A DNA stretch of 64,000 bases, taken from an uncultured Clostridia bacterium (GTDB lineage: Bacteria > Bacillota > Clostridia > Christensenellales > UBA1242). The notes beneath the pieces were generated by a model, which was not told the DNA's origin, made no database searches, and saw only the letters and a program-made list of their open reading frames with translations. A program made the position numbers and the translations under genes. Below, one piece after another: positions 20,975 to 30,905 of this stretch (position 1 is the stretch's first letter; each line of letters begins with the position of its first letter). The stretch is taken from assembly GCA_944384445.1 (NCBI GenBank), contig CALWTL010000001.1:27622-91621 (forward strand). The letters are read 5' to 3'.

Positions 20975-21004
20975 AAAAAAGAACTCTACTATTTTATAGA
21001 GTTC
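20975..21004 (-). terminator. Terminator after the VirB4-like gene
   Basis: GAACTCTA/TAGAGTTC 8-bp stem followed by a T-run on the minus strand. Confidence 0.6.
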
Positions 21005-21057
21005 CTTTACCTTTTATTCTGTGAGTTTCATGCTTTAACCTTTATTAGTTTTTTTAT

Positions 21058-23805
21058 TTAATTTGTTCCAGCTTCTCCCATAATCACACGAACATTGTCA
21101 TATGCTACAATATCAATAAACGAACGATCCATTGGACCAGTTATAAAGAATGCTCTGCCTCGTGGAGCGGTGACTATACCCTCTTGCTCTCTAGCATTAA
21201 TACCGCCTGCTGACTTGTACAATTCAAGCAAATCTGCCATATCATTTGGAGCAAGTTGCAATATCAAACTATATTGACAAGCATTAATAATTGCTGCAGA
21301 CCTACGTTGAATTTCAGGAGTACCCAAAAAGTCTTTAATGTTTTGTGTAATTACAATTTGCATACCTTGATATTTACGAATACGCTTAGCCATTTCAGCC
21401 ATGAAATTCAATGCCACAGGACTATCAGGGTCAATGAACATGTGTGCTTCGTCAACTGCAATAACTACTTGTCTAGCAATCTTTTTACCTGTACGTTGTT
21501 CATATTGTTCATTAAATCGTTTATTGTTAATAATTTCGTTATTTAAGTATTTAAACACTAACAACATTTGTGCATTTGCTAACCTATTATTTTTACTTGC
21601 AAACAATGTTTGAAAGTTAAAAGTAATCAAATTTTCATCTGTCAATATAGACGTTGGTCCATTCCATAAATCAGAGTTTCTACCACCAGTAGCAAATTTT
21701 TGAATATACGTCTCTAAAATTAACAAATTATTTCTATAGAAAGCATCTTTTACAGTTTTCAATTTATCCTTAATTAACTTGAATAAATCATCAAATATTG
21801 GATAATCTTCTGCTTTTAATTTACCTATGTTAGTTTTTTCATTTATACCTTTTTTATTATATAATTCAACTACTAATGTATTTAAGGTTTCAAAAGCATC
21901 TGAACTAATACCTTCAAGAATTGCACGGAAGAATTGTTCTAAAAATTGTAAATGAGTAAAGAAAGTTTTATTACTACCTTTGTTTACCAATTCATCAATA
22001 CTTTTGTTCTCGACATCGCCATTATCATTTGCAGCATCCAAATCTTCCAGTGAAGCCATTATATGAAATGGATTAAGAATACCAGATTTATTAGTCCCAA
22101 CATCTATAACTTTTCCACCAAGATTTTGAGTCATTTTATCATATTCTTGTTCTGGATCTAGAATAAACATTTTTGTTCTATCCGCAGCGAGATTTGTTAA
22201 TATTGCCTTTGTTGCATAAGATTTACCAGAACCAGATTTACCGATAACCATCATATTACTATTAATACGACCTTTTTTAGAATCACGAGTGAAGAAATCA
22301 ATAAACACAGGATAACCACTGGCTGTTGATTGTCCTAAACAAAAACCTGCTGGATCTTGCATGACAGAATCAACCATAGGAAATGAAGATGCTATTGTAG
22401 TTGAAGGCATGCTACGATAAAAATGTTTTAAAGTATCAATCCTATTAACACTTGATGATACAAACGCATCAACCTGTCTACCAAACAAATCTGAATATTT
22501 AAATCCATATTGTTTTAAAACATTCCTAACTTCTTTTCTATTTTCTTCCTCAACTCTTAAATGAATAGATATATCATAAAGTTGTTCATTGTTAGTTTTC
22601 AAATCTCTTAATAAAGTTTGTAATGAATTAATATCTGCTTCTTTTTCTATAATCTCACTAGAACGGTAAGTTCTATCAAGTTTAGCTTCTTTTTCCATAA
22701 CAGCACGGTCAATAGATTTTTCACCTTTTTCTTTATCGACTGGCATGATATTCATAATAACTCTTGAACCTAATTGATTAAATATTGGATAAGCCCAACC
22801 ATTACCAACTTCCAAAGGATAATCAGTAATAACCATTTGTTTATACATTTTTTTATCAATTTCAACACGTGCTACTTTAAAATTTACTCTATCTGGCATA
22901 ACCCAATTATTTACTTGACTAGGAGCGAGTCCATCGATTTCAGACTCAGCATAAGTATCTTTGTAATTAGATTTTAAGAAACTTATCAAATCGTTTTCCA
23001 TCAAAATTGATGCACTAATAGTGTACTGTCCCGTACCTAAATCATTAATTATACCAATTGCAGTATCTTCCAGATTAGTTTTATCTTGCCCATATAAAAC
23101 TAAATAAAAGTGATTTTGTAAAATAGGTTCAGCTTTTATGGCATTGTTCAATCTTTCTACACGTTCTCTAAAAATTAATGAACGACTATCCATTTCGCCC
23201 AAAGTATATTGGCCTTCTTCATATAACTCGTTTAACAAACTGTATTTTATGTCATCATTTTTTAAGAAAACATCAAATCTCATAGGTTTAACTGTTTTAA
23301 TTAAACTTGCACGTTGATAATTTGATATACGTTTTAATGCTTTACTGAATGTATAAATAACAGCATCTTGAGCATCTTCTTGCATCAAATCTAACGCAAC
23401 TGGTTGAATCTCAATAACAATACCTGAATAATCTCCAAAATTAATAAACTTACCAATTTCAATATTGAAAAAAGGTGTTAATTTTTCCATTGGAGCAAGC
23501 CCTTTTTTGTTTGATATAGATGATTTTATATATTTTTTAGGGAAAGCAGCAAATCTAATGATTAGACCAATTGAACTATATAATCTAAGCCCATCATCAA
23601 TTGGCAAATACATAACAACTGATATTGCAACCCAAGCAATTAACGCATACCAACGATAATCTACCCCGTCAATTTTAAATAAATTGCTGGCAATTATAAC
23701 AATTGCAAAAGCAAGACAAATAACACCAAGAATTATATCTCCGAATGTAATGTTTTTTAAAAATTCAGTTTTAACCCTAGTTTTACCAGGAATATACCTA
23801 ATCAT
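21058..23805 (-). CDS. Type IV secretion ATPase, VirB4/TraE-like with an N-terminal VirB3-like membrane segment
   Basis: 915 aa. Two N-terminal TM helices, Walker A VIGKSGSGKSYATK and Walker B VVIAVDEAHMF. RBS AAGGGG. Confidence 0.85.
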   Translation of the reverse strand: MIRYIPGKTRVKTEFLKNITFGDIILGVICLAFAIVIIASNLFKIDGVDYRWYALIAWVAISVVMYLPIDDGLRLYSSIGLIIRFAAFPKKYIKSSISNKKGLAPMEKLTPFFNIEIGKFINFGDYSGIVIEIQPVALDLMQEDAQDAVIYTFSKALKRISNYQRASLIKTVKPMRFDVFLKNDDIKYSLLNELYEEGQYTLGEMDSRSLIFRERVERLNNAIKAEPILQNHFYLVLYGQDKTNLEDTAIGIINDLGTGQYTISASILMENDLISFLKSNYKDTYAESEIDGLAPSQVNNWVMPDRVNFKVARVEIDKKMYKQMVITDYPLEVGNGWAYPIFNQLGSRVIMNIMPVDKEKGEKSIDRAVMEKEAKLDRTYRSSEIIEKEADINSLQTLLRDLKTNNEQLYDISIHLRVEEENRKEVRNVLKQYGFKYSDLFGRQVDAFVSSSVNRIDTLKHFYRSMPSTTIASSFPMVDSVMQDPAGFCLGQSTASGYPVFIDFFTRDSKKGRINSNMMVIGKSGSGKSYATKAILTNLAADRTKMFILDPEQEYDKMTQNLGGKVIDVGTNKSGILNPFHIMASLEDLDAANDNGDVENKSIDELVNKGSNKTFFTHLQFLEQFFRAILEGISSDAFETLNTLVVELYNKKGINEKTNIGKLKAEDYPIFDDLFKLIKDKLKTVKDAFYRNNLLILETYIQKFATGGRNSDLWNGPTSILTDENLITFNFQTLFASKNNRLANAQMLLVFKYLNNEIINNKRFNEQYEQRTGKKIARQVVIAVDEAHMFIDPDSPVALNFMAEMAKRIRKYQGMQIVITQNIKDFLGTPEIQRRSAAIINACQYSLILQLAPNDMADLLELYKSAGGINAREQEGIVTAPRGRAFFITGPMDRSFIDIVAYDNVRVIMGEAGTN

Positions 23806-23826
23806 CTTACCCCTTTAATAATTTTT

Positions 23827-26157
23827 TTATTTAATATTTCCTTTTTCTTTCTTTTCTTGTAAAGTTTTAACAATTTCTTTACTTGAATCTCTAATTGTCT
23901 TAACAATTTCTTTTTCAATAGTCTCTTTTATCTTAGAAACATTTTCTGTTGCTTTATCAATAGCTGTTGTTTCAACGACTTGATTTTTATCCAATGCTTC
24001 TTCTAAACCCTTTTTGAAATTATCAATACTTGTAGAATCAATAGAAACAAAATCTGTTTTACTATCTTTATCATATTTTTGCATTGCTTTAATCAATGCG
24101 TCAGCCATAGATTCAACATTCTCTTTTTGTGCTTGAAATTGCTCTACAGCACGATTTTCTGCCTGTTTATGCGACACATCTTCTTTAGCAGCAACTCTTA
24201 AAGCATCCAAATGTGCAGCATCTGCTGGTCTTCTTGAGTCTAATTTGTGACCAGTCCTTTCTTCTGATTCTTTTCTCATTCTTTCAAAAACAGAATCAAC
24301 CGACAAATCATCTCCTGAATAAAGTTCGCCATTTTTCATTCTTGATTGAAGTGCATCAAATTCACTTACAGACATTCCTGCCACATCTAAACCTTGCACT
24401 TTTAAAGTCGCTTGATTAAGCATTTGCCCAAATTTTACATTTGCATCATCAAAAGATTTTCTAGCTTCTACTACACTTTTTGCAAGTTCCTTATCCGTAT
24501 CTAAATCTTCTTTTGCTTTCCCCCCGTGTGCTTTTGCTACTAATTCCTGTACTTCATCTTCAATACCCGCAGTTTTTGCTAACTTTGCAATCTCTTTACC
24601 TGAATACACTTTACTATCAGCAATTCGATGAAATATATCACTCCTACCTGCAGCATCAGGATGATATTTTTTCTTACCTGCGGCATCATACACATCTCCA
24701 ACTATTTCACCTTTACCGTTTTCACTTAAGCTGTTTAATATCTTCAAAGCATGTTGCTTTTTACCTTCACTCTCATTTGATGAACTTCTCTTTTGATCTC
24801 TATATTCATTAACACTAGACTGAAAATCTGGTATAAATAATTTACTTGTAGCTTTTTGAAGTAATCCACCAGTTCTATTTCCTTTATCATCTTTTTTACC
24901 TAATATTCCACCTGTTATACTTCCACCAATAGACTTAAAGAACGAACCTCCTGCTTTTTTTGTTGCAGCCGCTTTTGCAAAAGCTCCAACTGTAGTTTTG
25001 CTCATAGCTGTTGCATGTTTTTGACCATTACGAGCTCTAGTTTTAACCGAATTCATTAAAGAAGTACCACCAGAATATGCATCATCTCCACCAATAAATC
25101 CTGCAACTAACGAAATAATATCTCTCACCATATACAAACCAGCTATAACAAGTAATAATGCAGTAATACCTAAAACATCTTCATTTAATTCTATATTTTG
25201 CACAATCGGTACAATTGAGAAAAATAAATTTAAGCCAGCCACTGCAGCATAAGCACTAATAGTTTGACTTAAAAATTTTTTTCTCCAACTTCCAGCAGCA
25301 CTGCCATCATCCAATGGATACATTGAACAAACTATAGGACTGATAATAAATAACACCAATAACATAAACAGACGTTTAACCATACCAAATGAGATAGAAC
25401 CTAAAGCATACAATATGAATATCCCGCCAGCACCTAAAATTAAATAATTAATTTCAGACAAATTGTACCATTCATCTACTTGCTCCCACCATGTAATAGC
25501 AACTAAATCAGTATTATATGCTTGGTCTATACAGTTAGCATAATACTCTGGATCTGTCTGACTTGTATCTACACTTATGCCATATTGTGCACAAAAAGAT
25601 TCTATTTTTGAAACGTCTAAATTATCTCCGTCATATATGCTAATTTCTCCATTTCGTATTTTATTAGCATTATAAGCAGAGCAAATAAATAATTGTCGAG
25701 AAATACTTATGTTTCCCCCTTGTGAAGTTGCTCCATTTATAGCTTGAAGTACGATATTTCCTAGCCAAATACCTAACAGACAAGCGACAGGAATAATTAC
25801 AAAATTCCCAATTCCTTTAATTGCAGAACCTACAATATCTTTCCATGACTTAGGTTTAGCTGAATAGACATTTTTTATAAATGCCATAGTTAAAAATATT
25901 AATAATAATATAACAGCCAAAGCAAGCATTGAATAAAACATATTTAAAATAACATCAGAAGTTAACAAATAATATACAATTCCCGTGTCATTTCCTTCAC
26001 CTGTATTACCACTTGTAATAATTTCTCCATTGTATTTTATAGCATCGATTCCTGCGAATGCACCAAAAATACTTTGCAAAACATCAATTATAGTAAATAT
26101 TACACTAAATAAAGGATAAATAATTTGACCTAAGAACCCTTGGACCGCATCTAACAT
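23827..26157 (-). CDS. Polytopic T4SS membrane protein (VirB6/TrbL-like role) with a long charged C-terminal domain
   Basis: 776 aa. About seven hydrophobic helices lie in the first ~370 aa, then a Gly/Lys/Ala-rich linker and a ~350-aa charged helical region. RBS GAGGAG. The stop is 21 nt before the VirB4-like start. Confidence 0.55.
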   Translation of the reverse strand: MLDAVQGFLGQIIYPLFSVIFTIIDVLQSIFGAFAGIDAIKYNGEIITSGNTGEGNDTGIVYYLLTSDVILNMFYSMLALAVILLLIFLTMAFIKNVYSAKPKSWKDIVGSAIKGIGNFVIIPVACLLGIWLGNIVLQAINGATSQGGNISISRQLFICSAYNANKIRNGEISIYDGDNLDVSKIESFCAQYGISVDTSQTDPEYYANCIDQAYNTDLVAITWWEQVDEWYNLSEINYLILGAGGIFILYALGSISFGMVKRLFMLLVLFIISPIVCSMYPLDDGSAAGSWRKKFLSQTISAYAAVAGLNLFFSIVPIVQNIELNEDVLGITALLLVIAGLYMVRDIISLVAGFIGGDDAYSGGTSLMNSVKTRARNGQKHATAMSKTTVGAFAKAAATKKAGGSFFKSIGGSITGGILGKKDDKGNRTGGLLQKATSKLFIPDFQSSVNEYRDQKRSSSNESEGKKQHALKILNSLSENGKGEIVGDVYDAAGKKKYHPDAAGRSDIFHRIADSKVYSGKEIAKLAKTAGIEDEVQELVAKAHGGKAKEDLDTDKELAKSVVEARKSFDDANVKFGQMLNQATLKVQGLDVAGMSVSEFDALQSRMKNGELYSGDDLSVDSVFERMRKESEERTGHKLDSRRPADAAHLDALRVAAKEDVSHKQAENRAVEQFQAQKENVESMADALIKAMQKYDKDSKTDFVSIDSTSIDNFKKGLEEALDKNQVVETTAIDKATENVSKIKETIEKEIVKTIRDSSKEIVKTLQEKKEKGNIK

Positions 26158-26185
26158 TTGTCACTCCTCACATAAATTTAATAAT

Positions 26186-26214
26186 ATTATATACTAAAAT
26201 ATCAAATTAATCAA
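26186..26214 (-). promoter_or_regulatory. Sigma-A type promoter for the VirB6-like/VirB4-like pair
   Basis: The minus strand reads TTGATT, 17 nt, TATAAT, about 30 nt upstream of the RBS. Confidence 0.45.
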
Positions 26215-26485
26215 ATAAAACTTACATAAAAATTCTTTTTAAGACAAATTTTAAAACCTTTAAATATTAATTAATATCAAAAAATATTTTTAATTTTAAT
26301 TGAAATAATACTAAAAATATTATTATATTCAAATATAATAATTAAGAATTTTTATATAATTTATAAATTATAATTAAAAAAATTTTTTATTAAATTAATT
26401 TAATAAAAATAAACCAATAAAAAATGATTTTTCGAAATTGTAAACAATTAATTAGGAATATTGTTTTTATATTTTTTAATATCAA

Positions 26486-28015
26486 TTACCATTTAGTTTC
26501 CCATTCTACGAAAACAAACGGTTCTAGACTACTAAATTTAACCACTAAACCATTTTCTTTATAAGTCAAAATGGAGGTTCCATCTTCGTTAGTTATATTT
26601 TGTAAATAAATATTATAATCAATATTTCCATTTAAAATATTATATAAAGACAGCCCTTCAGATAAATATCCTAAATCTTCTATACTAATATCTGAAAATG
26701 TCTCAACAGGAACACTGATATTGCTATCAGTTTCATACAAATAACTTTCACCACCATCATTTTTAGTGGTAAAATTTAGCTTATTCAAATCAATAACATT
26801 ATTTTCATATTGAATATACATATCAAAATTATCATAATCTGCATTAGAGATTATGAAAGATAGATAAGTAAATTCTACTTGAGTTTTTGGCATAAATATT
26901 AACGAAATATAGTTTTTTTCTGTGATATTTTCCATCATATCATCTTCATTTTCAAAAATGTAATCTTTAATAAATAATTTTTCAGTTCTAACATTTATTG
27001 AATTAGTAAAATAATTTGATATATTATCTGATATTGTCTGCTCGACAGTAGCATTATCAATATTATTATTCACTATTTGATATAAATCATTATCATTAAT
27101 GTAATTCGATATAATAATAGAAATTTGATTTGATAATTCGTTATCAAACCCAAAATATTTAATATAATCAATTTTTTCAATTAAAGAAAGTGAATCTACA
27201 TTATTTTGCTCTCCACTAATGTTCTCATAATCTGAAGTATATACTTCATCTACTATTAATGTAAGTAAATCATAAGCGTTTGAATATGTTTGTGCAAATT
27301 CAGATTCATTAAATTCTTGGTAATTATAATCATCTGCAGGTAATTCAATAACGATATTAAAATCTTCATTATCTGAACTTTCAGTTGAATATTTAATACT
27401 ATTAATATAGGTTTCAATAATTTCAATTTGAGCTTGTTCTTCGTCTGAGTAAACTACTCTGCACCCATAAAAATCTCTTCCATTGACACCAAATTGTGCA
27501 GATGCAGAAGGTTTTTCTCCTGTATCTGCTCCAAATAAAAAGGATAAAATTGAAGAAATTGCAGCAGCAATAAATATAACAACAAGAATTATTAAACCAA
27601 TAATCAATAAATATGGTAAAATAGGTCCAATAATAGAATTCATTTTAGAATGAAATGTAGCTTTTCTTTGTGCCATTATTCTATTAATTCTATTTACTTG
27701 TTGAAAATGTGTTTTTCTAGCTTTTGATAAAATACGACGTTCACCAAATGTAAAATGCGGATAAAATCTATATGGTGCTGTACGTCTGATTTTTTTTAAT
27801 TTATTTTCTATAGATTTCTTTTCTGCTTGCTTTAAAGCTTTTTCATTTTCCACACTTACTTGATCATAATCTTCATCGTCATATTCATAATCTTCATATT
27901 CGTCTTCTTCTAAATCATCAACATCTTCAGTCTGGTCAAGATCATTTTGAATGTCTTCTAGATTTTCATTATCGTCTTCATAATTGTTATAATCTCCACC
28001 AAAAGCACCCGCCAT
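26486..28015 (-). CDS. T4SS-associated bitopic protein of unknown function
   Basis: 509 aa. Extremely acidic N-terminus (about 60 aa rich in D/E/Y), a basic segment, one TM helix (ILPYLLIIGLIILVVIFIAAAISSILSFLF) and a ~340-aa external domain. RBS GGAGAG. Confidence 0.6.
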   Translation of the reverse strand: MAGAFGGDYNNYEDDNENLEDIQNDLDQTEDVDDLEEDEYEDYEYDDEDYDQVSVENEKALKQAEKKSIENKLKKIRRTAPYRFYPHFTFGERRILSKARKTHFQQVNRINRIMAQRKATFHSKMNSIIGPILPYLLIIGLIILVVIFIAAAISSILSFLFGADTGEKPSASAQFGVNGRDFYGCRVVYSDEEQAQIEIIETYINSIKYSTESSDNEDFNIVIELPADDYNYQEFNESEFAQTYSNAYDLLTLIVDEVYTSDYENISGEQNNVDSLSLIEKIDYIKYFGFDNELSNQISIIISNYINDNDLYQIVNNNIDNATVEQTISDNISNYFTNSINVRTEKLFIKDYIFENEDDMMENITEKNYISLIFMPKTQVEFTYLSFIISNADYDNFDMYIQYENNVIDLNKLNFTTKNDGGESYLYETDSNISVPVETFSDISIEDLGYLSEGLSLYNILNGNIDYNIYLQNITNEDGTSILTYKENGLVVKFSSLEPFVFVEWETKW

Positions 28016-28054
28016 AATCTCTCCTTTTTAATTATAAATTAAATAATTAATTTT

Positions 28055-28083
28055 ATTATATCAAAATTTTACATAAATAACAA
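28055..28083 (-). promoter_or_regulatory. Sigma-A type promoter for the 509-aa gene
   Basis: The minus strand reads TTGTTA, 17 nt, TATAAT. Confidence 0.45.
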
Positions 28084-28107
28084 ATATTTTAAATTACATT
28101 AAGCAAT

Positions 28108-28134
28108 AAAAAAAATCTATCCGAAGATAGATTT
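28108..28134 (-). terminator. Strong terminator directly after the pilin-like gene
   Basis: The minus strand reads AAATCTATC-TTCG-GATAGATTT followed by an 8-nt T-run, 10 nt after the stop. Confidence 0.65.
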
Positions 28135-28143
28135 TAATTATTT

Positions 28144-28464
28144 TTAATATTTATCATACCAACTATTGAAATTAATCATATTTGTTTCAATTGCATACTT
28201 TAAGAAATAGAATAATGCAATTAATACAATTGTCACTACGATACCAACAATTACATAAATTAATTTCTGTTTAGCTTCTTCACGTTCATTTTTATCATCT
28301 GCTTTGGCAAAACGAATACCTACAACAATTGCATACACTAAACCTGCAACTGAAACGACTATCAAAATAGGATTAATAAAATTAACCAACGCATTTAATA
28401 TTGTTTGTAACCAATCTGGAACATTATTAGCAGTATCTAATAAAGTACTTAACAAAAAATTCAT
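28144..28464 (-). CDS. VirB2/TrbC-type pilin-like conjugal transfer protein
   Basis: 106 aa from the ATG at 28464 (RBS GGGGGA). Two hydrophobic helices (ILIVVSVAGLVYAIVVGI and LIYVIVGIVVTIVLIALFYFL) are joined by the charged loop RFAKADDKNEREEAKQK, giving a pilin hairpin topology. Confidence 0.55.
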   Translation of the reverse strand: MNFLLSTLLDTANNVPDWLQTILNALVNFINPILIVVSVAGLVYAIVVGIRFAKADDKNEREEAKQKLIYVIVGIVVTIVLIALFYFLKYAIETNMINFNSWYDKY

Positions 28465-28480
28465 ATTTTCCCCCTGTATT

Positions 28481-28500
28481 TCACAAATTAATATTTGTGA
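28481..28500. promoter_or_regulatory. 20-bp inverted repeat in the pilin-like gene 5' UTR (operator or UTR hairpin)
   Basis: TCACAAAT-TAAT-ATTTGTGA with perfect 8-bp arms, between the predicted -10 and the RBS. Confidence 0.35.
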
Positions 28501-28514
28501 TATAATATGACATA

Positions 28515-28543
28515 ATAATATCAATTAAAAAAATTAAAATCAA
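28515..28543 (-). promoter_or_regulatory. Sigma-A type promoter of the pilin-like gene
   Basis: The minus strand reads TTGATT, 17 nt, TATTAT. Confidence 0.45.
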
Positions 28544-28848
28544 CTATTTTTACATATATTTTTAAATTTTTTAATTTTTTTATTTAAAAATAATTACATT
28601 TATATTTTTTCATAAATTGTTATTATTATACTTAGAAATATATGTTTGAAATAACGAACTTCATATTCATATATTAATTTTTGTGTTAATTTTGAAATTT
28701 ATAATACCAATTTTATAAGTTTATTAAAATTCCATAATAAAGAATTTAACCTTATTATCACATTAATTTTTATAATTCAATTAATACTATATAATTATAT
28801 ATAACTAAATAACTAAAATTAATAAAAATCTATATAGATAAAAAATAC

Positions 28849-28877
28849 TTGACTAAAATTTTATTTTTTTTTATTAT
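28849..28877 (+). promoter_or_regulatory. Sigma-A type promoter of the VirD4-like gene
   Basis: TTGACT, 17 nt, TATTAT. The 12-bp palindrome ATCTATATAGAT lies about 10 nt upstream of the -35. Confidence 0.5.
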
Positions 28878-28899
28878 AAACTAGAAAGGAATTTTGATT

Positions 28900-30903
28900 A
28901 TGAAAACATTAGGAAAAAAAATTTTGAAATATATAATAATTTCTATTCTAATTTTTTTAGTTTCAGTTATTATTATTACTTATTTTAAAGATGGAACATT
29001 AGCTTTCAATGCTAGATATATTCAAACAGGATTACCTTTTGTATTTGTATTTATTGCTGTTGGCTTAATTTTAGTTTTTGATTTAATGAAATTGGCAGAT
29101 GGGAAAAAGAAATCTAGCGACAAAGCAATAGATAAAGTAAAAGATTCTAAGGGACATGATACACAAGAATATTTTGATAAAGACTTTGTATCAGAAGAGA
29201 TTTTAAAAAAAGACAAAGGATTCAATTACAATACCTTATCTTCTATTCGTTCATCAAAAACTGATGGTATTTTGGTACGTGCAGAACAGCGTGGCAACGG
29301 AATGGAAATTAATTTTGTAAAGCCTATTCATACATTAGTCGTAGGTACTACAATGTCTGGTAAAACTTCGAGATTTGTTGTACCTTCACTTCAATTGATG
29401 AGTATGACAAGTGCAAAACCATCTTTTGTTATTACAGACCCAAAAGGTGAATTGTACGACAAATGTTCAAATAAGTTTCGTTCTGAAGGCTATGATGTCA
29501 AAATAATAAATCTACGTGATCCATTTACATCTTTACAATGGAACCCACTTACTTATCCTTATGATATGTATCAACGTAGTTTTAATTTAGACAAAGAAGT
29601 AAAAGTACATCCTCCGGGTGATAATCCTAAAAATTATAATTTGATAATACAAAATAAATTTGATTTCAATTCTACAACATGGTTTGAATTTAGTGGAATA
29701 GCTTATTCAGATAAAAACACCTTAGAAAATGATATGCGTGTAATTGCTCGTGAATTACAAGATAACACCTATTCAGCATTAAAAGATATTGTGAATACTC
29801 TTGCCCCAATAGAATCCGCTAAAGATCCAAGTTGGGAACAAACTGCACAACGATTAATACATGCAGTAATGCTTGCGATGTTAGAAGATAGCAGAATACC
29901 TGAGCTTGGCATGACAAGAGATAAATATAATATGTATAATGTTTATAAAATATGTAATACGACTGATTCAGGTAGAGATACTTTTGCCACATTAAAAAAA
30001 TATTTATTTAGTTATAGAGACCAATTTAGTCAAGTGCCAGAATTAGCATCAGCAGCATTGCAAAATGCAGAAACAACATCAAAAAACTACATGGGATTTG
30101 TTTCAGGTAAAATGGCTTTATTTAGTGATACAGGTATTGATTTCTTAGTTAGTAATACAGAAGTTGATTTTACGACAATTGATGAGCGACCTACGGCAAT
30201 ATTTTTGATAATCCCAGATGAAATTCGAATAAGATACCCACTTGCAATTTTGTTTGTGACACAATTATATAAACGTTTAATAGACAAAGCACAAGAATTA
30301 GGTGGAGAATTAAAACGTCATGTATACTTCATGCTAGACGAATTTGGTAATATGCCAAGATTCCCAGAATTCGGTTCATCAATGGCAGTAGGACGTTCTC
30401 GTGGTATATATTTTGAATTATGTGTACAATCTTATAGTCAGCTTTATCAAGTTTATGGTCAAGACGAAGGCAAAACTATAAAAGATAACTGCCCTATCAA
30501 CGTTTATATCGCATCAGAAGACACAACTACAAATAAAGAATTTAGTGAACTTTTAGGCAAAAAAACTATTGTTAAAACAACAGAACAACGAAGTGTTGGT
30601 CCAGATGGTAAAGAAAGCAAATCATATAGTGACCAAATCATATCAAGGCCAATTGCGTATCCTGAAGAGTTGATGTCATTTAAGGATAAAGGTGAAGTTG
30701 TAATAAAGACATTCGAACCAAATGCTGTATTAAAAACTAAGATGACAAGATATTTTGAAGCAAAATGTTATGACACTACACGTATACATGGACAATATAT
30801 ACAACGCAGAATGTTTGAAGAATCAAAAGTTTTCTATGATATAAATAAAAGAAATGATTATATGTCAAAGACTAATGAAGATGACGAAGATGATGACTTT
30901 TAA
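28900..30903 (+). CDS. Type IV secretion coupling protein (VirD4/TraG family)
   Basis: Two N-terminal TM helices, Walker A VGTTMSGKTS, Walker B YFMLDEFGNM and an acidic C-terminal tail NEDDEDDDF. The ATG at 28900 lies 9 nt after AAAGGA. Confidence 0.85.
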   Translation: MKTLGKKILKYIIISILIFLVSVIIITYFKDGTLAFNARYIQTGLPFVFVFIAVGLILVFDLMKLADGKKKSSDKAIDKVKDSKGHDTQEYFDKDFVSEEILKKDKGFNYNTLSSIRSSKTDGILVRAEQRGNGMEINFVKPIHTLVVGTTMSGKTSRFVVPSLQLMSMTSAKPSFVITDPKGELYDKCSNKFRSEGYDVKIINLRDPFTSLQWNPLTYPYDMYQRSFNLDKEVKVHPPGDNPKNYNLIIQNKFDFNSTTWFEFSGIAYSDKNTLENDMRVIARELQDNTYSALKDIVNTLAPIESAKDPSWEQTAQRLIHAVMLAMLEDSRIPELGMTRDKYNMYNVYKICNTTDSGRDTFATLKKYLFSYRDQFSQVPELASAALQNAETTSKNYMGFVSGKMALFSDTGIDFLVSNTEVDFTTIDERPTAIFLIIPDEIRIRYPLAILFVTQLYKRLIDKAQELGGELKRHVYFMLDEFGNMPRFPEFGSSMAVGRSRGIYFELCVQSYSQLYQVYGQDEGKTIKDNCPINVYIASEDTTTNKEFSELLGKKTIVKTTEQRSVGPDGKESKSYSDQIISRPIAYPEELMSFKDKGEVVIKTFEPNAVLKTKMTRYFEAKCYDTTRIHGQYIQRRMFEESKVFYDINKRNDYMSKTNEDDEDDDF

Positions 30904-30905
30904 AA

